Source of the DNA: Mycolicibacterium smegmatis | GTDB lineage: Bacteria > Actinomycetota > Actinomycetes > Mycobacteriales > Mycobacteriaceae | Length of the DNA: 32,000 bases | Assembly (NCBI RefSeq): GCF_001457595.1 | Contig: NZ_LN831039.1 | Coordinates: 2,700,001 to 2,732,000 of the forward strand | Direction: 5' to 3' | Part shown: positions 1-7,696 of the stretch, piece by piece | How positions within the stretch are numbered: the first letter of the stretch is position 1 | Layout of the letters: the number at the start of each line of letters is the position of its first letter | The notes under the pieces: model-generated | Told to the model about the DNA's origin: nothing | The model's database searches: none | The model's input: only the letters and a program-made list of their open reading frames with translations | Made by a program: the position numbers and the translations under genes

Positions 1-99
1 GGCGTCTGTGCCGCCTGGCTGTGAATCATATTCCCGCCTTCCAGCCGAAAACCTGCAGATTCTGAGGGCAGATCGGGAAAACGTAGGCACTTTCTGCCA

Positions 100-136
100 T
101 TGACGCTGCCATCACCTATACCTATATCCTATAGGA
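100..136 (+). promoter_or_regulatory. Candidate promoter (TTGACG-17 nt-TATATC) overlapping a triple CCTATA repeat and the perfect 10-bp palindrome TCCTATAGGA, upstream of the SDR-MFS-dehydrogenase operon
   Basis: TTGACG lies at 100-105 and TATATC at 123-128. CCTATA occurs at 115, 121 and 128. TCCTATAGGA at 127-136 is self-complementary. This is an AT-rich island in a high-GC window. Confidence 0.35.
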
Positions 137-275
137 ACTGGTGTTATCCAGATCACTTCGGAGAAGTATTGTCAGCTGCGCCAAAGTCGGCGACCGGTTT
201 GCCCCGGTGATGGTGGTTCAACCGCTCGTCCACCTGCCGACCGCTACCTCGACCCGCCCACGTCACCGAAAGAAG

Positions 276-1058
276 ATGCACATGACAGCTCTGCACGCGT
301 TTCCACCGCAGCGGACCGCAGTGGTCACCGGCGCCGGCTCGGCACGCGGGATCGGGCGCGCGACAGTTCAGCGCCTCGCCCGGGCCGGGTGGCACGTCGC
401 GGCCCTCGACGTCGACGAGGCGGCCGTCGCCGAATTCGCGCGAGAGGTCGACAAGGATTCGCGCACCACGGTTTTCGGTTACGGCGTCGACGTCGTGGAC
501 GCCGAATCGGTCGATCGCGCATTCACCGCGATCGAGGCCGAACTCCCGCCGGTCGTCGGACTGGCGCACGCGGCAGGTGTCGCCTCACCCGTTCCGTTCC
601 TGGAACTGACGCTCGCCGAATGGAACCGGGTGCTCGACATCAACAGCACCGGCACCTTCATCGTCAATCAGCGTGCGGTGCGCGGCATGGTGCAGCGCGG
701 CGTCGGGCGTGTGGTCAACCTGTCGTCTGCATCGGCCCAACTGGGCGGCGGTACCTACAGCAAGGTGCCGTACTCGGCATCGAAAGCTTCCGTCATCGGC
801 CTCAGTCGAGCCGTTGCACGCGAGGTCGGCAAGTTCGGGGTCACCGTCAACGTGGTGAGTCCCGGTCCCATCGACACCGACATCATGGGTGGCACTCTCA
901 CCGAGGAGCGCAAGGCCGAGATGGTCGAGGGCCTGCTAGTCGATCGGGTCGGCCGAACCGAGGACATCGCCGCAACCATCGAGTTCCTGCTGTCCGAGGA
1001 CGCCGGCTTCATCACCGCGGCTGTCTACAACGTCAACGGTGGCCTGGTCGTCAATTGA
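276..1058 (+). CDS. Short-chain dehydrogenase/reductase (FabG-like 3-oxoacyl reductase family)
   Basis: In-frame ATG at 276 (or 282) inside ORF 141..1058, preceded by purine-rich gaaagaag. Codons upstream are not GC3-rich. Motifs: Rossmann VVTGAGSARGIG, catalytic YSASK, SPGPIDT. Confidence 0.85.
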   Translation: MHMTALHAFPPQRTAVVTGAGSARGIGRATVQRLARAGWHVAALDVDEAAVAEFAREVDKDSRTTVFGYGVDVVDAESVDRAFTAIEAELPPVVGLAHAAGVASPVPFLELTLAEWNRVLDINSTGTFIVNQRAVRGMVQRGVGRVVNLSSASAQLGGGTYSKVPYSASKASVIGLSRAVAREVGKFGVTVNVVSPGPIDTDIMGGTLTEERKAEMVEGLLVDRVGRTEDIAATIEFLLSEDAGFITAAVYNVNGGLVVN

Positions 1059-1102
1059 GTTCGGCCCCAGTACGAATCCCCGCTCACGCACAAAGGAGTG
1101 CC

Positions 1103-2431
1103 ATGGATCTGAAGTCCGACTCGCCGCGCCAGGCTCGTCGTCAGCGTGACGCCAAGAAGGTGAAGAACCTGCGTTACTGGATTCTCGGTTGGTTGCTGCT
1201 GGCCGGGATCCTCAACTACATGGACCGCTCGTCGGTCTCCATCGCCGCTCCGCACATGATCGCCGAACTCGGGCTGACCAAGACCGACATCGGGCTCATG
1301 GGTGCGGTGTTCTCGTGGACCTACGCGTTGTGTCAGCTGCCCGCCGGCTATCTGATCGACAAACTTGGTGCTCGCAGAATGTATTTCGCGGCGGTCGGTA
1401 TCTGGTCGGTCGCGACCGCGCTGATGTCCGTCGGGCAGACCATGGCGCACTTCCTCACCTTCCGCTTCCTCCTGGGCGTCGGCGAATCGCCCAACTCACC
1501 GAACTCCAGCAAGATCACCACGGAATGGTTCCCCCGCGAGGAACGTGGCCAGGCCGCGGGCATCTGGGACTCCGGGTCGAAGTGGGGTTCGGCGATCGCT
1601 CCTCCGGTTCTCACCGTGTTGTCGCTGGCATTCGGGTGGCGCGCGATGTTCCTCATCATCGGCTTGGCGGGTCTGGTTCTGGCACTGGCCTTCTGGGCCT
1701 ACTATCGTGCCCCTGAGTCGTCCAGGCGCCTGTCGGAGGAGGAGTACCGGTACATCGTCGCCGGCCGTGACGACACCACGCAGCCGAAGGCCCACCTGCC
1801 CTGGGGCAAGTTCTTCACCTATCCGCAGACGTGGGGCATGATGCTCGGCTTCTTCAGTTCGATCTGGATCTGGAACATCTTCATCACGTTCCTGCCGCTG
1901 TTCCTCCAGGACACCCTGGATGTCTCGATCGCGCAGACCGGCTGGGTCGCCGCGATCCCGTATCTGGCCTCGGCGATCACCGGGATCTACGCAGGCCGGC
2001 TCACACTCACCCTGGTGCGCCGTCGCGGGATGAGCGCTTTCGGGTCGAAGAAGACGGTCCTGATCGGCGGGTCCGTCGGCCTCGGAATCCTGCTTGCAGT
2101 GGTGCCGCTCGTACACAACCCCGTCCTGGCGATCGTGGTGCTGTGCGCAGCCCTCGGTCTGGTGGCTGCGGTCCAGTCCCAGTCATGGGCGCTCACAAGC
2201 GATATCGTGCCCGACACGCACGCCGCGCAGTTCGGTGGGATCATGAACTTCGGCGGTTACTTCGGCGGTGCGCTGGCCCCGCTGGTCACCGGCGTCATCG
2301 TCGACAAGACCGGTTCCTACACACCGTCCTTCCTGGTGTCCGGTGTGATCGCCGTGCTGGGTGCCTGCGTCTACGGGTTCATGGTCCGTCGTCCCGTCCA
2401 CGAATCTGCCGCCGCCATCTCGGAAAGGTGA
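1103..2431 (+). CDS. MFS transporter, anion:cation symporter type (hexuronate/galactonate/phthalate permease-like)
   Basis: ATG at 1103 is in frame within ORF 389..2431, with RBS aaaggag 6 nt upstream. Twelve-TM-like hydrophobic pattern. LNYMDRSSVS and GARR motifs are typical of ACS-family MFS. The upstream 238 codons are Arg-rich shadow sequence overlapping the SDR gene. Confidence 0.85.
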   Translation: MDLKSDSPRQARRQRDAKKVKNLRYWILGWLLLAGILNYMDRSSVSIAAPHMIAELGLTKTDIGLMGAVFSWTYALCQLPAGYLIDKLGARRMYFAAVGIWSVATALMSVGQTMAHFLTFRFLLGVGESPNSPNSSKITTEWFPREERGQAAGIWDSGSKWGSAIAPPVLTVLSLAFGWRAMFLIIGLAGLVLALAFWAYYRAPESSRRLSEEEYRYIVAGRDDTTQPKAHLPWGKFFTYPQTWGMMLGFFSSIWIWNIFITFLPLFLQDTLDVSIAQTGWVAAIPYLASAITGIYAGRLTLTLVRRRGMSAFGSKKTVLIGGSVGLGILLAVVPLVHNPVLAIVVLCAALGLVAAVQSQSWALTSDIVPDTHAAQFGGIMNFGGYFGGALAPLVTGVIVDKTGSYTPSFLVSGVIAVLGACVYGFMVRRPVHESAAAISER

Positions 2432-2434
2432 ACC

Positions 2435-3499
2435 ATGAGCGACGATTACGTGGTGGGTCTCACCGCCGACGGTGCGGACGCCACCGGTGCCACGATATTC
2501 GGCGACATCGGTCTGCACCGGTTGGAGGACGCCGGCATCTCCTGGCGCCTGCTGCCGCCGATTCCCGTGCACGGTCCGGTGGATCCGGCCGCGCTGGCGG
2601 GTGTCGACGCGGTGGTCTCGTTCGGCCATATCCCGTTCAGTGCCGAACTGGTGCGACAGGTGCCCCGGCTGCGGCACATCGCGCGGTTCGGTGCGGGATA
2701 TGACGGAATCGACCCGGTCGCGCTGGCCCGTGAGGGGGTGGTGCTCACCAACACCCCCGCAGCGGTGCGACGGCCGCTCGCGTTGTCGGGGCTCACGCTG
2801 CTGCTGGCGTGCGCACATCGCCTGCTGGAGAACCATCGCGTCACCGTCTCCGGAAAGTGGGCGCTCCAGCGGGGTGCCTATCGAGGCACAGGGGTGGACG
2901 GCAGAACGGTCGGGATCCTGGGATTCGGGTCGGTCGGTTCCGAACTCGCCGGGATGCTCGCACCTTTGGGTGTCGAGGTGATCGCGACCACCAGGTCGGG
3001 GCGTTCGGAACGGGCGGCACAACTGGGTGTCGAACTCGTCGATCGCGAAACGCTGGCCGCACGATCGGATTTCGTCGTGGTGACCGCGGCTCTGACCGAG
3101 GAGAATCGCGGCATGCTCGACGAGTCGTTCTTCGCGGAGATGCGGTCGAGTGCCTACTTCATCAACATCGCCCGCGGCGGGCTGGTCGACCAGCCGGCGC
3201 TGATCCGGGCGCTGCGCGACGGTGGGATCGCCGGGGCGGCGCTGGACGTATACGATCCGGAACCCCCAGCGGCCGACGACCCCCTGTTCGCGATGGACAA
3301 CGTGATCTGCACACCGCATGCACTGTGCTGGACCGCGGATTTCACCCGTGACGTCTCCCGATCAGTCATAGATGCCCTGATCGCGGTGTCCCGCAACGAG
3401 ATCCCCGAGACGGCACTGGGGCGCGATGCGCTCGACGAGCGGACATGGCGGGGGAGGGCCACCGCCGAGGCGTGCGGGCAATTGGCGGCCGAGGGCTGA
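2435..3499 (+). CDS. D-isomer-specific 2-hydroxyacid dehydrogenase, NAD-binding
   Basis: ATG lies 3 nt after the MFS stop, with RBS ggaaagg. Motifs: GILGFGSVGSELA nucleotide-binding, NIARGGLVD, and CTPH catalytic His region. Confidence 0.85.
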   Translation: MSDDYVVGLTADGADATGATIFGDIGLHRLEDAGISWRLLPPIPVHGPVDPAALAGVDAVVSFGHIPFSAELVRQVPRLRHIARFGAGYDGIDPVALAREGVVLTNTPAAVRRPLALSGLTLLLACAHRLLENHRVTVSGKWALQRGAYRGTGVDGRTVGILGFGSVGSELAGMLAPLGVEVIATTRSGRSERAAQLGVELVDRETLAARSDFVVVTAALTEENRGMLDESFFAEMRSSAYFINIARGGLVDQPALIRALRDGGIAGAALDVYDPEPPAADDPLFAMDNVICTPHALCWTADFTRDVSRSVIDALIAVSRNEIPETALGRDALDERTWRGRATAEACGQLAAEG

Positions 3500-3570
3500 T
3501 TTTCTCCGGCACGAACGTGGGCTTGTGGTCGAACTATCGGCGAGAACACGCACACAAGCCGACGTTCGAT

Positions 3571-3594
3571 GCCGGCCCGCGATGGCGGGCCGGC
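3571..3594. terminator. Perfect 10-bp GC stem / 4-nt loop hairpin between convergent genes; likely bidirectional intrinsic terminator
   Basis: GCCGGCCCGC gatg GCGGGCCGGC. It sits between the dehydrogenase stop (3499) and the aldehyde dehydrogenase stop (3656). A second 8-bp inverted repeat GGCTTGTG/CACAAGCC lies at 3520-3560. No U tract, which is common in mycobacteria. Confidence 0.5.
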
Positions 3595-3655
3595 AACGCC
3601 GAGATCTCCAGTTGATCGGCCAGATGGCGCAGTTCGGAAAGACCGAAGTCAATGC

Positions 3656-5140
3656 TCATTCGGGCATGCCGATGGTCTTGGCCTCCAGGTATTCCTTGTA
3701 ACCCTCTTCACCATTGCGGTAGCCCAGACCGGACTGCTTGGTGCCGCCGAAGGGACTGGTGATCCCGAAGTGGCTCTTGCCGTTGATGGTGACGTTGCCG
3801 GTGCGCATGCGGCACGCGATCGCGAAGGCACGGTCGAGGTCGCCGCCGGAGACCTCGCCGGACAGTCCGTAGATGGTGTTGTTGGCGATCGCCACTGCGT
3901 CGTCGTCGGTGTCGTACGGGGTCACCGTGAGCACCGGCCCGAAGATTTCCTCCTGCGCGACTTGCGAATCGGGGTCGACGTCGGCGAGCAGGGTGGCCTG
4001 CGTGTAGTAGCCGACCGGAAGGTTTTCCGGGACGCCACCTCCGGTGACCAGACGCGCGCCGGAGTCGATGCCGCTGCGGATGAGCCCCAGCACCTTCTGT
4101 CGTTGCGTCTCGCTGATCTGCGGGCCCTGCATGACGCCGGGCGTCCACGGGTCACCGACCGGGAAGTTCTCCATCATGTTCTTGAGTATCTCGATACCCT
4201 CGTCGTAACGGCTGCGCGGCAACAGGATCCGGCTGGGCAGGATGCAGGACTGCCCGCTCATGACGCACGCCATCATCGCGGCCATCGACAGCGCCGAGTT
4301 GAAGTCGGCGTCGTCGAGCACGATGTGCGCCGACTTGCCGCCCAGCTCCAGCAGAGTCTTCTTCACGGTCGGCGCGCCGGCGGCCAGGATGGCCCGCCCG
4401 GTCGCGGTCGACCCGGTGAAGGTGATCATGTCGACGCGGGGGTCGGCCGAGAGCGCCGCGCCCACCTCGTTGGCGTTGGAGACGACGACGTTGAACACGC
4501 CCGCGGGAATGTCGGTCTCCTCGGCGACGATGCGGCCGTACTCCGTTCCCGACCATGGCGTGAGCTGAGCGGGCTTGAGCACCACGGTGTTACCCGCCAT
4601 CAGCGCGGGCACCGTCTCGGCGATGTTGAGATAGAACGGCACGTTCCACGGCGTGATCGCGCCCACCACACCAACGGGTTCGTAGTGGATCTTGCGGCGG
4701 GCCGGGCCGAGTTGGGTCGGGTGCACCCCGGTGTCGACCAGGTAGTCGAAGTTCCTGCCGTGCTCGGCCCAGTGCCTGACCTCCTCGATGGGGCTTTCGA
4801 TCTGGCTGCCCGAGACCGTGACCGGACAGCCGACCTCGGTGATGAGGATGCGCCGCAGGCGCTCCTTGTTGCGTTCGAGTGCCTCGTGCAGCTGCGTCAG
4901 ACAGTGGTACCGGAAGTCCAGATCGCGTGACCAGTCCGTCTGGTCGAACGCCCGCCGGGCCGCGGCCACCGCGCGTGACATGTCCTCGACGGTGCCGTCG
5001 GTGGCCTGCCCGGCAACCTGTTCGGTGGCCGGGTGGATCACGTCGAATGTGGAACCGCTGCCGGTGGTTTGCAGTTCTCCGTCGATGAGCATGCGCTCGT
5101 CGCCCGCGAGAACACCGGTCTCGTCCTGCACAGAAGTCAT
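3656..5140 (-). CDS. NAD(P)-dependent aldehyde dehydrogenase
   Basis: 494-aa ORF. Motifs: ELGGKSA, FTGSTATG, and the catalytic Cys region GQSCILPSR. The ATG at 5140 lies 8 nt downstream of the TAAAGC element of motif copy A, so it is probably leaderless. Confidence 0.9.
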   Translation of the reverse strand: MTSVQDETGVLAGDERMLIDGELQTTGSGSTFDVIHPATEQVAGQATDGTVEDMSRAVAAARRAFDQTDWSRDLDFRYHCLTQLHEALERNKERLRRILITEVGCPVTVSGSQIESPIEEVRHWAEHGRNFDYLVDTGVHPTQLGPARRKIHYEPVGVVGAITPWNVPFYLNIAETVPALMAGNTVVLKPAQLTPWSGTEYGRIVAEETDIPAGVFNVVVSNANEVGAALSADPRVDMITFTGSTATGRAILAAGAPTVKKTLLELGGKSAHIVLDDADFNSALSMAAMMACVMSGQSCILPSRILLPRSRYDEGIEILKNMMENFPVGDPWTPGVMQGPQISETQRQKVLGLIRSGIDSGARLVTGGGVPENLPVGYYTQATLLADVDPDSQVAQEEIFGPVLTVTPYDTDDDAVAIANNTIYGLSGEVSGGDLDRAFAIACRMRTGNVTINGKSHFGITSPFGGTKQSGLGYRNGEEGYKEYLEAKTIGMPE

Positions 5141-5148
5141 GCTGTACA

Positions 5149-5176
5149 GCTTTACAAAAATGCGCCTCAGTGTCAG
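5149..5176 (-). promoter_or_regulatory. Regulon motif copy A (gene sense cTGACACT-N10-TTTGTAAAG) immediately upstream of the aldehyde dehydrogenase ATG
   Basis: Minus-strand read: ACTGACACTgaggcgcattTTTGTAAAGctgtacagcATG. There are 8 nt between TAAAGC and the ATG at 5140. Confidence 0.55.
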
Positions 5177-5205
5177 TAGCTTGCGTGAAATTTTTGGGCG
5201 ATCGA

Positions 5206-5784
5206 TCAGTTTGTGTCGGTCTGCCTGATGCCGACGGCGTGACGCAACTGCGCGAGGAACTGATCGGCGTCGTCACTGCGCACGATGTAGTGCGAGATCG
5301 CGACCCGGATCGCGGTCGCCGCCTTGACCGCCGCGTTGGGACCGGACAGCAGCTTGAGCAGGCGCGCGCGCATGATCGGGATGACGTGTGCCAACTGGGC
5401 GATGACCACCTCGGGTTCGATGTCCACCAGGCGCACGCCGGAATACGACTGCTGGTACTGCACGATGAACCGCAGCGCCGCATCGAGTTTCTCGTTGCCC
5501 CGCAGGCCCGCGGTCGCGCGCCCGATCCCGTTGTCGAACATCTCGCGCTCGTAGTTGCCGAACGCCTCGAGCAGTTCCTGCTTGTCGGCGAACCACCGGT
5601 ACAGCGTCGGCCGCGAGACCCCTGCCTGCAGCGCCACCTCGGACAGGCTCAACTTGGTCTGACCGCTGCGAGCGAGCACCTCGGCGGTGGCCACCAGGAT
5701 CCGGTGGCGGGTCGAGGTGTCCGCACCCGCTCCCGCGGGCAGAGCTTCATTCACAGTCGAGCCTCGGTTGGTCGTGGTTCTCAA
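5206..5784 (-). CDS. TetR-family transcriptional regulator (paralog 1)
   Basis: HTH region LSLSEVALQAGVSRPTLYRWF. Clear paralog of the TetR at 9984..10544. The start is uncertain: TTG at 5784, or GTG at 5754 with a GAGG RBS. Confidence 0.85.
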   Translation of the reverse strand: MRTTTNRGSTVNEALPAGAGADTSTRHRILVATAEVLARSGQTKLSLSEVALQAGVSRPTLYRWFADKQELLEAFGNYEREMFDNGIGRATAGLRGNEKLDAALRFIVQYQQSYSGVRLVDIEPEVVIAQLAHVIPIMRARLLKLLSGPNAAVKAATAIRVAISHYIVRSDDADQFLAQLRHAVGIRQTDTN

Positions 5785-5796
5785 ATCCTAGGGTCA

Positions 5797-6936
5797 TCAC
5801 AAGAGTTTCTTGAGTAAAGCCACGGTTTCCAGGTCCGCCAGCGCCGCGACGCCGCGCCGAGCCCCCTCCACCGCGATGCCGTCGTCCTGCATGCCGCCCA
5901 GCCCCGCGGTGATGACCGGCGCGGTGTACGCATAGACCGCGCCGAGGCGGTAGCGCTCCCACAACTCGTCGGCGTCCAGCCTGGGGCCGCCTGCCGCGGC
6001 CAGCGCGCGACGGTACTCGTCGAGGAGGTCTTTCTCCGCGGCTTGCCGGTCGGTGGTCGTCATGCTGGTGATCAGCGTATACGCGAGCTCGCGTCCGGGG
6101 TGGCCACGGCGCACCGCCTGCCAGTCCAACAGGCCCGCCTCGCCGTTGCGGAAGAAGAGGTTGCCGGGGTGTGCGTCACCGTGCATCACGGTGTGCGGCG
6201 GACGGTCGAGCAGTTGTGCGGCCGCACGGTAGTTCTCGTCGATGAACCGGCCGTCGGCCACCGGGATGTCGGTACGCTCGGCGAGCCGCCGGGTCGAGGT
6301 CTTCAGGAGCGTCCCGGTCAGCAGCGAGGTGTCGTCCCCGGACGCCGAATACAGCCACCCGAGTGGGCCGCGGCCGCTGCGCTCGGGCAGCCGGCCCCAG
6401 AACGCGGCGTGCACACGGGCGAGCAGTTCGACCGTGAGCGCCGCGCGGTCCTTGTCGAGTGGATGCAGCGTGTCGGGAAACTCACAGGGCTCCTGCGCGA
6501 GGTCCTCGAGCACCAGCACGAAGCGCCCCGTGAGCGCGTCGAACGCCGAACCGTGGGCGCGGGGGACGCCGGGCAGGCCCGCCGCGAGCTGCTGGTAGAA
6601 CCGGACCTCGGTGTGCGCGAGCCTGCCGAGCTCACCCATCAGCCGGGTCGCGGCGGTCTCGGCGGGCAGCTTGACGAACACCGTCTCGGGAACGCCGTCG
6701 CCCGAGAGCGCCAGCCGGGCCCGTGACGACGTTCCGGCGTCGCCTCCGAGTACTGATAACGTGCGTACCGTCCGTCCCATGATGGTGCTGAGGCAACCGG
6801 CGTCGAGATCGGAGATGCGACGCGGGAACCGCCGCAGTCCGCCGAGCGCGGCGTCGGCGGCGACGCGCTGCACACCGTGGCCGATGTGGGCGGCCAGCGC
6901 AAGAGCGGGTGGGATGCGACGGACCGTCGAGAGCAT
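5797..6936 (-). CDS. Phosphotransferase-family protein (APH / ecdysteroid-kinase-like small-molecule kinase fold)
   Basis: Brenner-type catalytic motif HGDAHPGNLFF followed by LLDWQ. N-terminal Lys region FVKLP. The ATG at 6936 is 6 nt downstream of TAAACT of motif copy B. Confidence 0.8.
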   Translation of the reverse strand: MLSTVRRIPPALALAAHIGHGVQRVAADAALGGLRRFPRRISDLDAGCLSTIMGRTVRTLSVLGGDAGTSSRARLALSGDGVPETVFVKLPAETAATRLMGELGRLAHTEVRFYQQLAAGLPGVPRAHGSAFDALTGRFVLVLEDLAQEPCEFPDTLHPLDKDRAALTVELLARVHAAFWGRLPERSGRGPLGWLYSASGDDTSLLTGTLLKTSTRRLAERTDIPVADGRFIDENYRAAAQLLDRPPHTVMHGDAHPGNLFFRNGEAGLLDWQAVRRGHPGRELAYTLITSMTTTDRQAAEKDLLDEYRRALAAAGGPRLDADELWERYRLGAVYAYTAPVITAGLGGMQDDGIAVEGARRGVAALADLETVALLKKLL

Positions 6937-6944
6937 CAGTCAAG

Positions 6945-6970
6945 TTTACAAATAACTGCGCTTTTGTAAA
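6945..6970. promoter_or_regulatory. Regulon motif copy B: perfect palindrome TTTACAAA-N10-TTTGTAAA between divergent genes
   Basis: TTTACAAA at 6945-6952 and TTTGTAAA at 6963-6970 are exact reverse complements. Minus strand reads TTTACA-16 nt-TAAACT-6 nt-ATG(6936). Plus strand reads TTTACA-16 nt-TAAATG-10 nt-GTG(6983). Confidence 0.6.
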
Positions 6971-6982
6971 TGCAAACGCGCA

Positions 6983-7681
6983 GTGTTGGCACGCGGGAGT
7001 GAAGCGGACAAAGGGCGCGGAGCGTTTGAGGTTGGTGAAGTGCGGTTAGACACAAACGTGTCCGCGAGTGGCGCCTGGTGCGCCGGCGGGCGTGTGGTGA
7101 GCTTGGATTTCGATGGGTTGCATGTGAATTCGATACGTAAGGGTTTGCCGGGCGAGGGCGGGCAGGTGCCGGTCGACGGCGCCGAGATCGTCCTGTTCCC
7201 CGGCAGGCTGCCGGTGCCCGCGCCGCAGCTGGCGAGGGTGGCCGCGCACGCGCGCACGCTGGCTGCGGTGGCCTATGAGGACATCAGCGCCAACGGCGAC
7301 AACCCCGTGACCGCACACGCACACTGGGGAGTGTTCCAGCGCTTCCCGGTGGTGACCCGCACGATGACCGCGGTGTGGCGCATGATGGCGGCCCGCTCGT
7401 TCGACGACCTGGCCGACGAGTTGGAGATCGGCTTCGTCCATCCCCGCACGATCGGCGAGCATGTGACCCTGTCGCTGATCATCGGTGACGCCCACGGACT
7501 ACTCGATGCCGTGGCGACCCAGGCCCTGCGGGGTTCGCTGATCGACACCACGCTCGTGCGGGATCTGCACGATCCGGCGTCCAGCGTGGCGCGCCGCGTC
7601 GCCGACGAACCCGACATCTGGTTCCAGCCGTTGATCGCGGGCTTCGAGCGGGATCCGGGCCGCGGGTTCCGCAGGTGCTGA
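6983..7681 (+). CDS. Hypothetical protein (no recognisable domain)
   Basis: The 232-codon ORF has high GC3 from about 7150 onward. The first 50 or so codons are compositionally atypical (tta, ata, agt, aca), so the true start may be downstream. GTG 6983 lies just after the plus-strand promoter half of palindrome B. Confidence 0.5.
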   Translation: MLARGSEADKGRGAFEVGEVRLDTNVSASGAWCAGGRVVSLDFDGLHVNSIRKGLPGEGGQVPVDGAEIVLFPGRLPVPAPQLARVAAHARTLAAVAYEDISANGDNPVTAHAHWGVFQRFPVVTRTMTAVWRMMAARSFDDLADELEIGFVHPRTIGEHVTLSLIIGDAHGLLDAVATQALRGSLIDTTLVRDLHDPASSVARRVADEPDIWFQPLIAGFERDPGRGFRRC

Positions 7682-7696
7682 CGCACGCCGCGGCGG

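Noticed and set aside
1-100. Possible minus-strand gene start at the left edge (ATG at 30, MIHSQAAQT...) and a 24-codon ORF from ATG 100.
   Set aside because: The first shows only about 10 codons before the window ends. The second is short with non-coding-like composition. The evidence is insufficient to call either.
389-1102. N-terminal extensions of track ORFs. Examples: 389..1102, 9947..10282, 17513..18328, 21847..21948, 23312..23506, 24562..25326, 24458..25228 and 27723..27986.
   Set aside because: These extensions overlap upstream genes or intergenic DNA and have low-complexity Arg/Pro composition. Internal starts with RBS or stop-start overlaps give N-termini typical of the families.
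3569-4930. Long antisense 'shadow' ORFs opposite real genes. Examples: 3569..4930, 6043..6726, 14461..15549, 15192..16343, 18050..19549, 21605..22606, 26133..27722, 28135..29229 and 29220..30470.
   Set aside because: Stop-poor reverse frames are expected at this GC content. Their products are Arg/Pro/Gly-rich with no motifs, while the opposite frames carry clear family signatures and GC3 saturation.
5149-5154. Treating the TAAAGC/TAAAGG elements as ordinary sigma-A -10 hexamers with no regulatory meaning.
   Set aside because: They lack the conserved final T of TANNNT. They are also embedded in a much longer conserved bipartite motif with a fixed 10-nt spacer, so a dedicated operator/promoter class is more likely than chance housekeeping promoters.
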